DNA from: Octopus bimaculoides
Lineage: Eukaryota
DNA: 64,000 bases
Assembly: GCF_001194135.2 (NCBI RefSeq)
Contig: NC_068998.1
Coordinates: 24,282,325-24,346,324, forward strand
Direction of reading: 5' to 3'
The first letter of the stretch is position 1. Each line of letters starts with the position of its first letter. Below the pieces are notes generated by a model that worked only from the letters and a program-made list of their open reading frames with translations, ran no database searches and was not told the origin of the DNA. Positions 52,501 to 63,957 of the stretch are shown piece by piece. Both the position numbers and the translations under genes were made by a program.

Positions 52501-55500
52501 GAGGAAACAGGCAAAGGCACGTCTTTTCTTTAGGAAGGAAATGGATAGAAAGATAGATCCCCTTTCGTCACGTGTCAACAATGAGAGAGTCAAGGAGGAA
52601 GAATGAGAGAGAGAGGGAATGATGAAGGGGAGAGGAGAAGAATAGAGAAAGGGTGGGAGAGAAAAACAGAAAGTATGAAGAACAAGAGAGGGAGAGAGAT
52701 AGACAGAGAAACAAAAAAAATATATATATATATGGGTGAAGACTCCACTTCAGTTATGAATGACTATGGGATTGCACCTAGAAAGTTACCCTCTGAGGCA
52801 CAAATCTAGGTAAAGTTGGTCATAGAAGACCAGAAATCACACATGCATCCCAGCCTTCCTTCTCCACACCACTGTTGTTATACAAGGAAAAGGCAAAGGT
52901 TGATACAGCTTGGCATCAGTGACATCACAACTCATTTCTACAGTTGAGTGAATGGGAGCAACATGAAATAAAGTGTCTTACTCAAGAATACAGTATACAG
53001 CCCAGTCTGGGAATCAAACTCACTACCTCATGATTATGAGCCTCACGCTCAAACTACTAAGCCATGCACCTTCACACACACATACACACACATGTATATG
53101 GGCACAAGTGTATAGAGATGTTGTTAAGCAGTTGGCTCTGCAGAACTGATTTTGGGTTCAGTCCAATCATGTGACTCTTTAATTTTCTACAATGGTCTCC
53201 TGGCCAATCAATTCCTTATGAGTGAATTTGGTGCTTTCATATCAAAAAGATGACAACCAACTCTAGTAATGATGAGAAAAAGCTGAAATAAATAATATGG
53301 TATTGCACAGGGTACCTCCAATGATGAAGAGACCATACTAAATTATTCCAGCTTGGAAAACAGATATTAAGTGGTGATGATTCCTGGCAATACTCACTGC
53401 CTTATGCAGGGGCAAAGTGTTTTGCATGTGCATTTGGGGACATCAGTCAAGTAACATTTTCCTGTCACCCTTACATCTTTAAAATTTACAATACTTGAAG
53501 CTGCCGCTGGGCCTGGCACAATGAGGGAATTGATTTATACTTTTTTATGTCATAGTTGTCACTTCCAGACTTTTGGGGGGATATTTTACTTTTCCCGTTT
53601 TTTACAACTGTAAACTGCAAGTTAACCATTTTATATATGATAAAATGACTAAGGCAGCCAGCTGGCAGAATCATTAGCACCCTGGCCAAGATGGTTAGCA
53701 GCATTTCATCCATCTTCATGCTCTGTGTTCAAATTCCACCAAGACCTACTTTGCCTCTCATTTCGGGGCATATAAAACGAGTAGCAGTTGAGCACTGGGG
53801 TTGATGTGATTGACTTATCTCTTCCCCAAAAAATTGCTGGCCTTGTGTCATAAAGCAAATGGAAACAAAAAGAAAAGCAATGTAATTATGGTTGCTTTTT
53901 TAGTTGGAGTGAAGCGAAGTTTAAAATACATGGATAAAAATTTTTTTTTCCCTCAAATAATTTGAATTACATGTGTTTCTGAATATTGAATGTAATAATG
54001 ATAAGAGGGGGAAAAAATTTTTAATAGTGAAGGCTTTCATGAAGGTACGAGGTGGAGGGCAGCGATGTTTAAAAAATTATGGAATTATTTCTTTTTTTTC
54101 TTTTTATTGCTATCCTCTTTTTGAAGTGTGTGGTGCAGAAAACAAAATCTGAAAAATCCTGGCAAAACAGAAAATTCAACTTACGTGGGTGAACTATTCC
54201 GACCCCCCCCCCCAATTACCAAAAGTTAAAATATACAATGACTCTAACCATTCTGATCGCAATTGCGATTAGCTTACACATAGCTAAAGCGAAACAAAGA
54301 AGCAAAAAATAAAAAACTATCATGCAGAGCTGTGAAGGAAAATTGAGTTAACAAATCTTAAATCGAATCTATACAAAGCAAACATTGTAAATATTCATAA
54401 AAACAAAACCGAAAATATCTGCGCAAACCTATTTTTGGAAATTGAATTTAAAAAAATAAAAATGTGATGTCATCAGAACAAATTGTGAAAAACCGAGAAT
54501 TCCGGACAACCTGTAAAATATTCCATCATATTTTTAAAATTCTTATTTTGTTTTGCAAGCATAGTAAATCAATGAGACATTATTAAATTTCAAATGACAG
54601 AGTGTGATTTGTGTGACATTTCCCTGCTGTTTCCTACAAGTCAAACAACCACATAGAAACAATCTAGCTGACTCATAAACTCCAGTGAAAAAGTAAAAGT
54701 GATGTTATCATTTACATTGTATTCCTAACAAAGCAAATCAATATTATAACATTTTAAATCTCTATTTATTTATCTCCTGCATTTTACTTGGCTAATAAAC
54801 AATTCCTACTTCAATTTAATCCGAGGGCATTTAGGTGATTGTTCAACCTGCTAGAAATAGCAGCCAGAACCTTGGTGAATCACACTCTAATGTATTTTTA
54901 TAAAAAGAAAAAAGAGCATTATATTGGTTAGAAACTCTCAGAAGAGCTGAACAGCAGAAGGTCTTCAGAGATAAAACCTCCTTCAGGCAAGTGTCTCTGC
55001 TCTTACATTCTAAGGGAGCTGGACCGCATCCAGATCACATAGCGTAACATCATGTTCACGGTTGCTAAGCAAATTGGATAAACAAATAATATATTAGCCA
55101 GCAAGATGGCAAGCTGGCAGAATCATAACCTCACTGGGAAAATTGTTTAGTGACTTTTCTTCTGACTTTACAATCAGAAGATTGTAAAGTGCTGACATTG
55201 CCTTTTATCCTTTTGGGATCGATAAAATTGAAGTAGATTAAATTGAAGTAGTTGTTTATTAACCAAGTAAAATGCAGGAGGTAAATAAATGGAGATTTAA
55301 AATTTTAGAATGTTAATTTGTTTTGTTAGGAATACAATATAAATGATAGCATCACTTTGACATTGCCTTTTATTCATTTGGGATCGATAAAATAAGTACT
55401 AGTTGAACACTGGGGTTGATGTAATCGACTTATCTCCTCCTGTGAAACTGCCAAAATTTGGAAATATCATATTCGCCAGTTGCAGTAGTCACAGGAGTAG

Positions 55501-55789
55501 AAAGAATCAAATACAGAGTCAGATCAGAAGAGAGTGAACTGGGATACAAAAAAATAACAGAGTCAAGATAATTGAATTCATCGATCAAATTTTTTCGCCC
55601 AGTTATTATGACAACTTTCATTGCTTACCTTCAATAACGACACAGTTTCTGCCCAGTCTCGTCAATGAAGTCCATTCCACAAGAATAACATTTTATCAGC
55701 AACACAAGAATAACTAAACGCTCATAACAGTAGATTACCAGAAATGCAGCCTATTTCTTTTTATAAATAGATACACCTTCTTGCCATTA

Positions 55790-55950
55790 ACTTACATAAA
55801 AAAAAAGAAGGAAAATGCAAGCAAACCGGCAAAGAATGCAATGTATGGACAATATCAAGAACTGGTTGGATAAGAGTGGCAAGGCATCTGGAGAATTTGA
55901 GCCTAATTGGGAAAATCTTCACTGTAGTGTCTTCAATGTGCTGCAGGCAT
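55790..55950 (+). pseudogene. RTE C-terminal relic
   Basis: KEGKCKQTGKEC / RMQCMDNIKNWL resembles G-K-R-x-x-G-R-x-R-x-x-W-M-D-N-I. Confidence 0.45.
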
Positions 55951-56334
55951 ACTATAAATGCAGCTGACACCTATAGCCTCATGCCAACCAAAGTTTAGTG
56001 TGTGGATCTGGTAGACGGAAACTGAATGACAGTCATGTGTGTGTGTTTTATATGTTAAGCAAATTGAAAATTAAAAATAACAATTAACAAAACAACAAAA
56101 GTCAAAAGGTCATGGAAGTTAGCTTGATGCTTAGTGTAAGATGGAGAAAAAAAAGAATGGGCGTATAATGTTTCAAGCATGGCTCTTCATGAGAAAGTGG
56201 ACAGAAGAAATAACCGAAGGAGAAAAAAGTCCAGAGAAGGAAAAAAGTCCAATCTATGACTGAAGTGACCAAAAGTAGAGAAAGAGAGAGAGAGAGAGAA
56301 AATGGATTTTAAGAGAAGAGAGTGCCAACATGGC

Positions 56335-56910
56335 CAGTGTGTGTATGTGCGGGTGGGTGTGTTTGTGTGAGTGTTGTATGCATAAAGGAGTGGTGTTGAA
56401 CGGGTTGATAACCGCGGTTTGATTTGGTAGTAAGAGGCAAGGTGATGAGTGTATGGGTGTGGATGTTTATATGCATGTGATTGTGTATGTATGTGAGAGT
56501 GCATGTGAGCACATATATTCATGTATGCATGTTTGCATACACAGTGTATGCGCAGTTACAAGTGTGTGAGTGTGTTGGTATTGTTGTGTGTATGTGTTTG
56601 TGTATGTATGTGTGAGCATGTATGAGTGAGTATGCACAGGTGTGTGTGTGTGCTTGTACGTGTATATGTTGTGTGCAGGAGGGTGGAGAGAGGTGAGGTG
56701 ACAAGTGTGTGAGTGCATTAGTGTTGCTGTGCATGTGCATGAGTATGTCAGAGGTCATGTATGTGTATGTGCGTATGAGTGTGAGGGCATGTGTGTATAT
56801 ATATATATGTATGCATGTATATGGGTCTGCACATGCATGTATATACGTATTGGTGCGCGCATGAAGGTGTTTTTGTACATGTCAGGATATGGAAACATGT
56901 GAAATGTGTG
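56335..56910. repeat. Degenerate (TG)-rich microsatellite block
   Basis: Read directly; accounts for the HTHT and CVCV ORFs. Confidence 0.9.
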
Positions 56911-56911
56911 T

Positions 56912-57077
56912 GCAGTAGGTACAGTAGTCTTTTTCCCGAACTTTGCATGGTAGATGAACAGGTTATCTTACTTAACCCTACCCTGTCTCGGGGCTGACCC
57001 TATGGCGTTGACCATGATACCACTGGATAAAAAAATGTTTGTCAGCTGCCTTCACTAATTTCCGTAGGTCCTTGAAT
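56912..57077 (-). pseudogene. Ty3/gypsy gag C-terminal fragment
   Basis: EFKDLRKLVKAADKHFF and DNLFIYHAKFGK resemble CsRn1-type gag (D-L-R-x-L-A-x-x-A-D...; C-x-Y-H-x-K-F-G). Confidence 0.55.
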
Positions 57078-57319
57078 TCAGATTCGTTTAACGCTCACTG
57101 CTAACATTCTTTTGTTCTTCTACCACCGGAAGCCCTTTTCGCTGCTGACCAATTTCCTAGTTAGCCTGCAGCGAAGTTCCTGTCTACAGTTCGTCTGTCA
57201 TGAAACCTGCCCTACACAGCTCCCCACCACAACTGTTGACTGTCATTGGAACCAGGAAGGCGTTTTAATTATCTTGCCCATGTGTGTGGTTACTCGATTC
57301 TTTGGTGACTGTAAAGTGG
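57075..57319 (-). repeat. Inverted copy of the pol tail, PPT and 5' part of the LTR
   Basis: Reverse complement of 58452-58699; I count 15 substitutions and one 3-bp indel. Confidence 0.95.
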
Positions 57320-57588
57320 TGGACACCTAGATGGACAGCCAGTAGTTCCCTGTCGAAAGCACTGTATTTCTGTTCAGGGGGTCGTAGTTGTTTGGTGGCT
57401 GAGCTACCTGAATGGGGCTGTCAATATCGAGTTGGGCCAATTTCAATCTAGTGATAGAGACTGTGTCTTGCTGTCCACCAATTAAGAGTTGGAATGTTTT
57501 ATCTCCCGGATATATGACTTAATATGGACCATCGTAGGGTGACTGGAGGGGGTTTTCCTTGTGTGCCATGTCGAACAAACACAAAGTT
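57313..57588 (-). pseudogene. Gypsy integrase C-terminus (GPY/F) fused to a 78-bp RNase H segment
   Basis: FVFVRH / PLQSPYDGPY*VIYPGDKTFQLLIGGQQDTVSITRLK; 57313-57390 is the reverse complement of 58021-58098 with 4 mismatches. Confidence 0.85.
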
Positions 57589-57589
57589 A

Positions 57590-58450
57590 GCTGTGCGTTT
57601 TTTGTGCGACAGATATCAACTTCTTGCGACATCGAATCACAAGTGCTGGCGCTGTATCCTTGCCAGAAAAAAGTGAAAGCTATCCTGTCCTTTCTAAACC
57701 CCACCACAAACAAGGCTCTATATCAATTCGCAGGCATGATAAACTTTTACCATCGCTTCTTCCCTTCTGCAGCAAGAGTGATGAGACCCCTATACAAGGC
57801 ACTGTCAAAAGAGGGTTCAAAAAGACAGGTGGAGTGGGATAGCACAATGACTTCAGCCTTCAAATCCACAAAACAAGCCCTGGCTCAAGCAACCATGCTG
57901 TCCCATCCTCATCTGTCAGCTTGGACTGCATTTGCAGTTGACGCATCCGACACAGCAATTGGAGGAATTTTGGAACAACATATCAGCAGTCAGTGGTGAC
58001 CACTCACCTTCATCAGTCAACAACTACGACCCTGTGAACAGAAATACAGTGCTTTCGACAGGGAACTACTGGCTGTCCATCTAGATGTCCGCCACTTTCG
58101 CTATTTCCTAAAAGGCCACACATCTACAGTCTTCACAGATCACAAACCACTCACCTTTGCTATGAGTAAGCTCTCGGAGCCTTGGTCTGCACGCCAACAA
58201 CGACAGCTATCAGCCATTTCTGAGTACACCACGGACATCCAACACATAGCTGGAAAGGGCAACCCAGTTGCCAAAGCACTCTCTCGAGCTCCTACCTGCT
58301 CTCACACCTACTTAGCACCAATAACAGAAGGCCTGGATTACGAAGCTCTAGCTGCAACCCAACAGACAGATGATGAGATCAGAGTCTACCGCACTGCCGT
58401 CACATCACTTTCTTTGCAGAATGTACACTTTGGCTCTAACGGCACAACCC
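57590..58450 (+). pseudogene. Ty3/gypsy pol fragment: RT C-terminus, RNase H and linker
   Basis: FAGMINFYHRF, VDASDTAIGGILEQ, YSAFDRELLAVH, FTDHKPLTFA, RQQRQLSAISEYTTDIQHIAGKGNPVAKALSR; one frameshift, and a stop at 57997-57999. Confidence 0.95.
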
Positions 58451-58554
58451 GCCACTTTACCGTCACCAAAGAATCGAGTAACCACACATATGGGCAAGAT
58501 AATTAAAACGCATTCCTGGTTCCAATGATAGTCAACAGTTGTAGTGGGGAGCTA

Positions 58555-58805
58555 TGTAGGGCAGGATTCATGACAGACGAACTGTAGACAGGAACTTCGC
58601 TGCGGGCTAACAAGGAAATTGGTCAGCAGCGAATGGGGCTTTCGGTGGAAGAAGAAGAACAAAAGAATGTTTGCAGTGAGAGTTAAACGAATCTGAATTG
58701 ACTAAACAGAAATAACTGGCGACTTAAGCCCTCATGTACGAAAAGTAATGAACCTTTGATAAATATATTCTCGTCTCTGCTAGTTTGCTTGCGTATAGCT
58801 TAACA
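58555..58805 (+). mobile_element. Putative 3' LTR
   Basis: Follows purine tract AGTGGGGAG; starts TG(TAGGGCAGG). The 3' CA end at 58805 is tentative. Confidence 0.65.
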
Positions 58806-58821
58806 AAGCTATACTATGTAT

Positions 58822-58992
58822 ATGAGAGAATTTACGAAAAAAACAACAACAGACGAGGACAGGTGGTGTAAACAACAAAAGGATGTATTAGTTTAACGCT
58901 CGGGAATAGAGAAAGTCTTTAACGTTTCGAGCTACGCTCTTCAACTGAAAGGAACACAGAATGAAACAAGGAGAAAAAATATAAATGTAGTG
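58822..58992 (-). mobile_element. Penelope-type terminal repeat with hammerhead-like motif
   Basis: Minus strand CTTT-CAGTTGA-A-GAGC-GTA-GCTC-GAAAC-GTT-AAAG. Confidence 0.55.
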
Positions 58993-59148
58993 GTCAGCGA
59001 TATTGAACCCTGTTGTAAGTGATGCACATATATACAGAATTTAGTTGTATCGAGCATACACATCTCATCTTCTTTCTGTATATTCGTATTTTGTACCATT
59101 TATTCATGTCATATGAGTAACACCTCTATTTACGGCAAGCTTCTTGTT

Positions 59149-59285
59149 ACATTCGTCTCACTCTGAAGGTGAAATTTACTCTTTTACCTGTTGTTTTTTA
59201 TGTGTTTTGAATCAACCTGACCATCAAAACCGTCTTAAGTCATTTGTTCTTGGGGTAAACCACACCTTCAAAGTGAGACGGGTGT
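59149..59285. mobile_element. ~137-bp mini element with ~33-bp TIRs
   Basis: CGTCTCACTCTGAAGGTG versus CACCTTCAAAGTGAGACG (17/18); TTAA on the right flank. Confidence 0.6.
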
Positions 59286-59903
59286 TAATAGTTAAAAAAA
59301 GAAATTACCTCATTCACTACCTTTTTATGTATTTCTTCACCGAGTGTGACTTCACGACATTCTAAAAGTTGGGGAACTACTGTGGAAAAAATTCCATGAT
59401 GTAAAATCTGTGACGTATCCGAAATCGTATTTAAGCTTTGCAAATCTGTGTTTGCCTCGTGAAAAAGAGGATTAAAATGAAAAAAACTTAGCTATGACAT
59501 CGTTGTATTGGATATGATGCGACAGCAAACAACTATTAAGACACGCCTAAATTATAAATGACGCACAAAAACAAATATTAAAGAACGCCTATATTGTCAA
59601 TTTACAGACTATTGAGAAACAACTTTATCACGTTTCAAGGTGACAGTTCGATCAAGATAGACACGCCTTTGTCTAGCCTCACATTCCCTGCTGCTAGAAA
59701 ACCGGATAAACAAATAGTGTGATATTAACCAAGTTGCAAAATCTATTGACCAGTCAAAGCAGTTCAAACAGATTCGGATCAAAACAAAAAGAAATAGGAC
59801 ACAGATACAAAATAGAGAGATAAAATAATTAACTTCTTCACGACGAATTCCAAAACGGTTTTCAGTGAATTGTTCACTGCTATTCACACAGAAGAATTCT
59901 TAC

Positions 59904-60069
59904 CGGTACTCCTTACTCCTAAAGATTTTGCCTGAGCTCCCCATTTATCAGGACAGAGCATGGGTTTTGTTAGCTCTCCTGTGCCATAACCAAATGTTGC
60001 ACAAAAAAAAAGACAATGGGGAAACAACTCCATTATTAGTAGCCCCACTGTGTTGGAAGCTCTCCAGCC
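59904..60069 (-). CDS. Candidate 166-nt exon, product unknown
   Basis: Acceptor ...CTCTTTAGTCTTACAG, donor CCG|GTAAGA, open frame GWRASNTVGLLIMELFPHCLFFCATFGYGTGELTKPMLCPDKWGAQAKSLGVRST; no recognisable homology. Confidence 0.3.
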
Positions 60070-60216
60070 CTGTAAGACTAAAGAGTATCCTTTGCATTTA
60101 AACTAATAGAAGAATACTTACCAAATTTAATGCTCCCTTCTTTAGATGTAGCATACATTTGGCTATAGAAAACACGTATGTAAAATTAGCCTTTCCTGTA
60201 CAACTGTACACACCAC

Positions 60217-61090
60217 GTGCTCCCTTGTACACAGCACTTTAAGGAACATGCGCTTCTTTCCCAGACGGGTACTGCCGGCGGCGAGGGTTCCACCTCGTCA
60301 TTCTATAGGGGGTTGGTAGAGGCCAAGTGTGACGACGCGCTGAGGGAAATCCTAGGCTTCGACGATGGTCAATTTGCCGGACATTTCCGAAGAACATTTG
60401 GGACAAGGTCTACGGAGAGCTTCTAAAAGTAACTGGCTTAGCTGTGTTACCGAGGAGCCTTACGAGTTCGAGATAAACTCGCCAAGCACGGCTTTTCATG
60501 CTCGCTCCCTTGCCCAAGATGCTCGCAGAGTAGTGAAACTGTTCTGCATGCACTTGTGCAGTGTCCGAAACTTTCGGAATTTTGGGTATATGTTGAACAG
60601 CTGCTATCACGTTTTGGAAACGAACCACTGTCTTCCGAGTCTATAATAAAGATTATTCCACCGTCCTCTCTGAACAGGGAAGGGAAGGTTTGTTTTCTCT
60701 CTGTAGTGGATGTGGAAAAATGGGTAGTGTGGAGGACACGCATGAGAGGTTTAGTGACATGCGTCTTCATCTCCAGCCTCGGTTTAGTAAACTTTATTAT
60801 TTTCCATCTTAAAATGAAAATAAGGCTGGAGAGGAGACGCTTGCCACTCAGTACACATGAGAAAAGATGGAAGAAAGTGGCAAGCATGTTGAGAGTGGAT
60901 GTACCTGCTTAAGGGAGAAGATAAAAGTCTCATAAAGGGATCAGTGGTGGAACGTGGTTTGTGGGATCGCACCCATCCCTCATTCCATCATCATCCGATT
61001 TTATATATCATTAATGTTTAATCTTGTCATTTCATTCGATCCCTCTACTCCTTTGTCTGTCCTTTCTTTGTCTCTACCTTTATGGTAAAT
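60217..61090 (+). mobile_element. 5'-truncated Tx1/L1-clade LINE 3' end
   Basis: YRGALRVRDKLAKHGFSCSLPCPRCSQSSETVLHALVQCPKLSEFWVYVEQLL (zf-RVT CCHC); stop at 60912, then 3' UTR. Confidence 0.85.
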
Positions 61091-61689
61091 GAAAAATCAG
61101 ATATTAATCTCAGTAGCCGTAAAGTTTTAAAATCTGACAGCAGGTGAAGTTGATGGATAGCTTGACGTCAGTGTTCTGCATCTGAAAGAAAGACAACTTG
61201 TGGAATTGTTTAACGGCACTCAATAGGTTCTTACACATGACCGAATGTTTCTAAGACTACTGTTACTACTAAAGACCTGCTTTAGCGAAAATACTGCTAG
61301 TCAGTCATGCCAAGTTGAACAAGAGAGGCTACACATGTCCGCATATAGGAAGGGAGGCACAATGAGTGATATTTACTGCATTTTTTACTTTAAAGAAAAA
61401 GCTATCTTTTTACAATTGTTCATTACTTTACAAAACCTATATCTGCTAACCAGTTCACCTGCACTTTTCCCTTAGAATTTAACATCACCATTCACATGTT
61501 CGTCCTATTTATGATGTGTGTTTTATTTTACTTTAGTTTGTGGTATGAGTATTGATCCCATAAATAAGCTTGTTTTCTTGAGAACAACTGTTTGTTGTGT
61601 AGTTGGATTTTCTATTAATATTCCTATCTAGCTTTGTTTCATTGTGTGAAACGTGTGTTGCACTTGATAATTGTGTGGTGTACTTATAT

Positions 61690-61925
61690 GGTCAATATAA
61701 CAGAAAATAGGACAGAGCGCTGCCAGAAGCGATAGCATGCCGGGCAAAATGCTTATCGGCATTTCGTCCGTTTTTACGTTCTGAGTTCTAATTCCGCCAA
61801 GGTCACCTCAGCCTTTCATCCTTTCGATGTCAATAAAACAAGTACCAGGTGAATACCGGAGTCGATGTAATTGACTTACCCCCATCTCCCGAACTTACTG
61901 GCCCTGTGCCAAAATTTGAAACCAA
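61690..61925 (+). mobile_element. Family A SINE
   Basis: GAGCGCTGCCAGAAGCGATAGCATGCCGGGCAAAATGC...AAATTTGAAACC. Confidence 0.85.
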
Positions 61926-61989
61926 TACAACAGTTAAAAATCAATGAATTTATAACTTTTACTTTCACTGTCTAATCTATAAATTACAT

Positions 61990-63100
61990 TGGTCATTCGA
62001 AGTGTCTTGGGTTTATAACACCGGGGTTTATTGCTGGATGTTAATATTTGAATATTATTATTGGTCTTTTTAGTGTTAGTTTATTGTTCGGCTGATGCAT
62101 TGTTTCGTTCAATGAGAATTTTGATTATACGTCGGACTCTTTCACATCTGGAATGCATCTGATTCAAATAATTGGATGTGATTCGTGAAATTTTAGTAGG
62201 GTTAATACGTAATGTATTGTTTGCAGCATTGTGTTTTATATTTGTTAGCCTAGAAGTTTGTTTAGATATCCATTGTTAATTTGTGCTTGCTTTTATTCTG
62301 CGTATTTCCTTATTTAGAGCTTCATTTGTCAGAGAGAATCTCATAGCATCCCTACCACTGACATTTTGTAGCTATGTGCGTATTCGCTATCTCTATGTTG
62401 AAATATGTATGTTTGTCTTTCGTGTGTACTGATGAAATGTATCTATTGTTTTTAATCTGAATGTTTGTCTAGAAAAGAAATACTAGTATTGTTTTGGTTG
62501 CAGATATTTTTGGACTGAATTGTTTTCTAGGTCTTCTTTTAATTTCTCAATCATTTTCGAGGAGTCTGTGACAACTAGCCTATCGTCTATATATTTAGTG
62601 TATATCATATGTTTGTGTTTAGGTATAATTTTGTTTTCTACAGGAACTCAATAAAATGTTGAAAACACAAATCCTAGAACAGAACCCATAGCTACTTCGT
62701 CTTTTTTACATAGTGTGCTTGTGGAGAGCAAAAAATCACTTCGCTTGTTAAGGTAGTCAGTTTTTCAAGAAGTTTGCGGCTTTCAGGAGTGGCTTTATTT
62801 TAGGTGTCTATGTACATTCTGAAATTTCGATTGCTTTTACTACTGGAAATAAGTGGAAAGACTACAACTACGTACGTATTGAGAATTTATGTGTAAGTGT
62901 ATTTATTTGTGAGGAGCCGTTTCTCCTTCAATGTTGGGAAAGTAATGGGATCATAGCTGTGCATTTTTGCTATAATTATTTCCTTTTGTATAATTTTGAA
63001 TTGGTTCGTGTTTTTGGAGTTTTATTTATAAACATCCTTTACTGTGGTATGTTCGTTTTGTATCCATGGTTACAAACATGTTTTTGTCACTCTGATTGTT
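61990..63100 (-). pseudogene. Penelope-like element RT relic
   Basis: DEVAMGSVLG (G-V-A-M-G-S-P-L-G), YTKYIDD (Y-x-R-Y-V-D-D), NEALNKEIRRIK..INNGY. Confidence 0.75.
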
Positions 63101-63189
63101 TGCTTAGTCATTTATGAGAAAGTGACTAACATTTATTAACCAACATATACGTAGCTCATTGATAATACACAGACATCACAGTCTAGCAC

Positions 63190-63900
63190 ATTACATACAG
63201 TAATATAAACTCGACAAAACAAAAGTCTTTCTACCCAAACAAGAAAATAAATTTATCAGCTTATCACAACATACATTCAACATAGATCAAATCACGCTCT
63301 TTTGGTTATGGTATTAACTTCAAACTGCATCCGAAATATGATAAAAAAAAAGAAAGGTTGAAATTAACTACTATACAAAAGCATAGAAAATCTAAGGGAC
63401 AAAAACATGATAAACATTGGTGGTAAACTCCAGGACTTACTTCATGGTGAATGCAATAAAAATAGATACCCACTAAAGAATAAAAAAAAAATACTCAACA
63501 AGAGATTCAAACAAGTCCTACATGATTTAAAAGATAACAACCACATAAAACATGCAAATGGGACAAAAAGCAATATGTTTGTAATAGGGGAAAGAGATAA
63601 ATATATTGTAAAAATCAATAATTTATCTAAGGACAAAAACAAGTTTCCAAAGATCTAAAAAGATAACACTAACCAATCAAAAGTCAAACTAAATAAAATG
63701 ATTTTAGCAGTAAGTAGATAACAAAGGTTTCCTTATTGTCCTCATATTGAAAGAAAATTCAATGCAACACATATGGTGCGGTTAAATTTGACAAACAAAA
63801 CAACCCCTCCACAATCCATATTTCAAATAAATATACATAAATTCAACAAATCATGAAACAAAAAGATGACATTAGCATGTATCACAAATATCATCAGACA
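63190..63900 (+). pseudogene. Penelope-like element RT N-terminal relic
   Basis: LHDLKDNNHIKHANGTKSNMFVIGERDKYIVKINNL (L-K-x-N-x-x-I-x-I-x-x-A-D-K-x-N) and YGAVKFDKQNNPL (Y-G-x-P-K-I-H-K-x-x-x-P-L). Confidence 0.65.
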
Positions 63901-63955
63901 AACTTAGGAAAGTTATTATTTCAAACAATCTGCATAGGTCTTATATGGAAGCAGG

Positions 63956-63957
<2 letters not shown>

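Noticed and set aside
55638-55725. Minus-strand exon with strong GTAAGC donor
   Set aside because: All three frames from the nearest acceptor contain stops; the segment is adjacent to an RTE relic
56912-58805. DIRS-type retroelement, because of the inverted termini
   Set aside because: RT, RNase H and integrase motifs are Ty3/gypsy; no tyrosine recombinase; the inverted arms are explained by rearrangement
61160-61175. CRE site TGACGTCA as promoter evidence
   Set aside because: A single octamer is expected by chance in 64 kb, and there is no supporting TSS evidence
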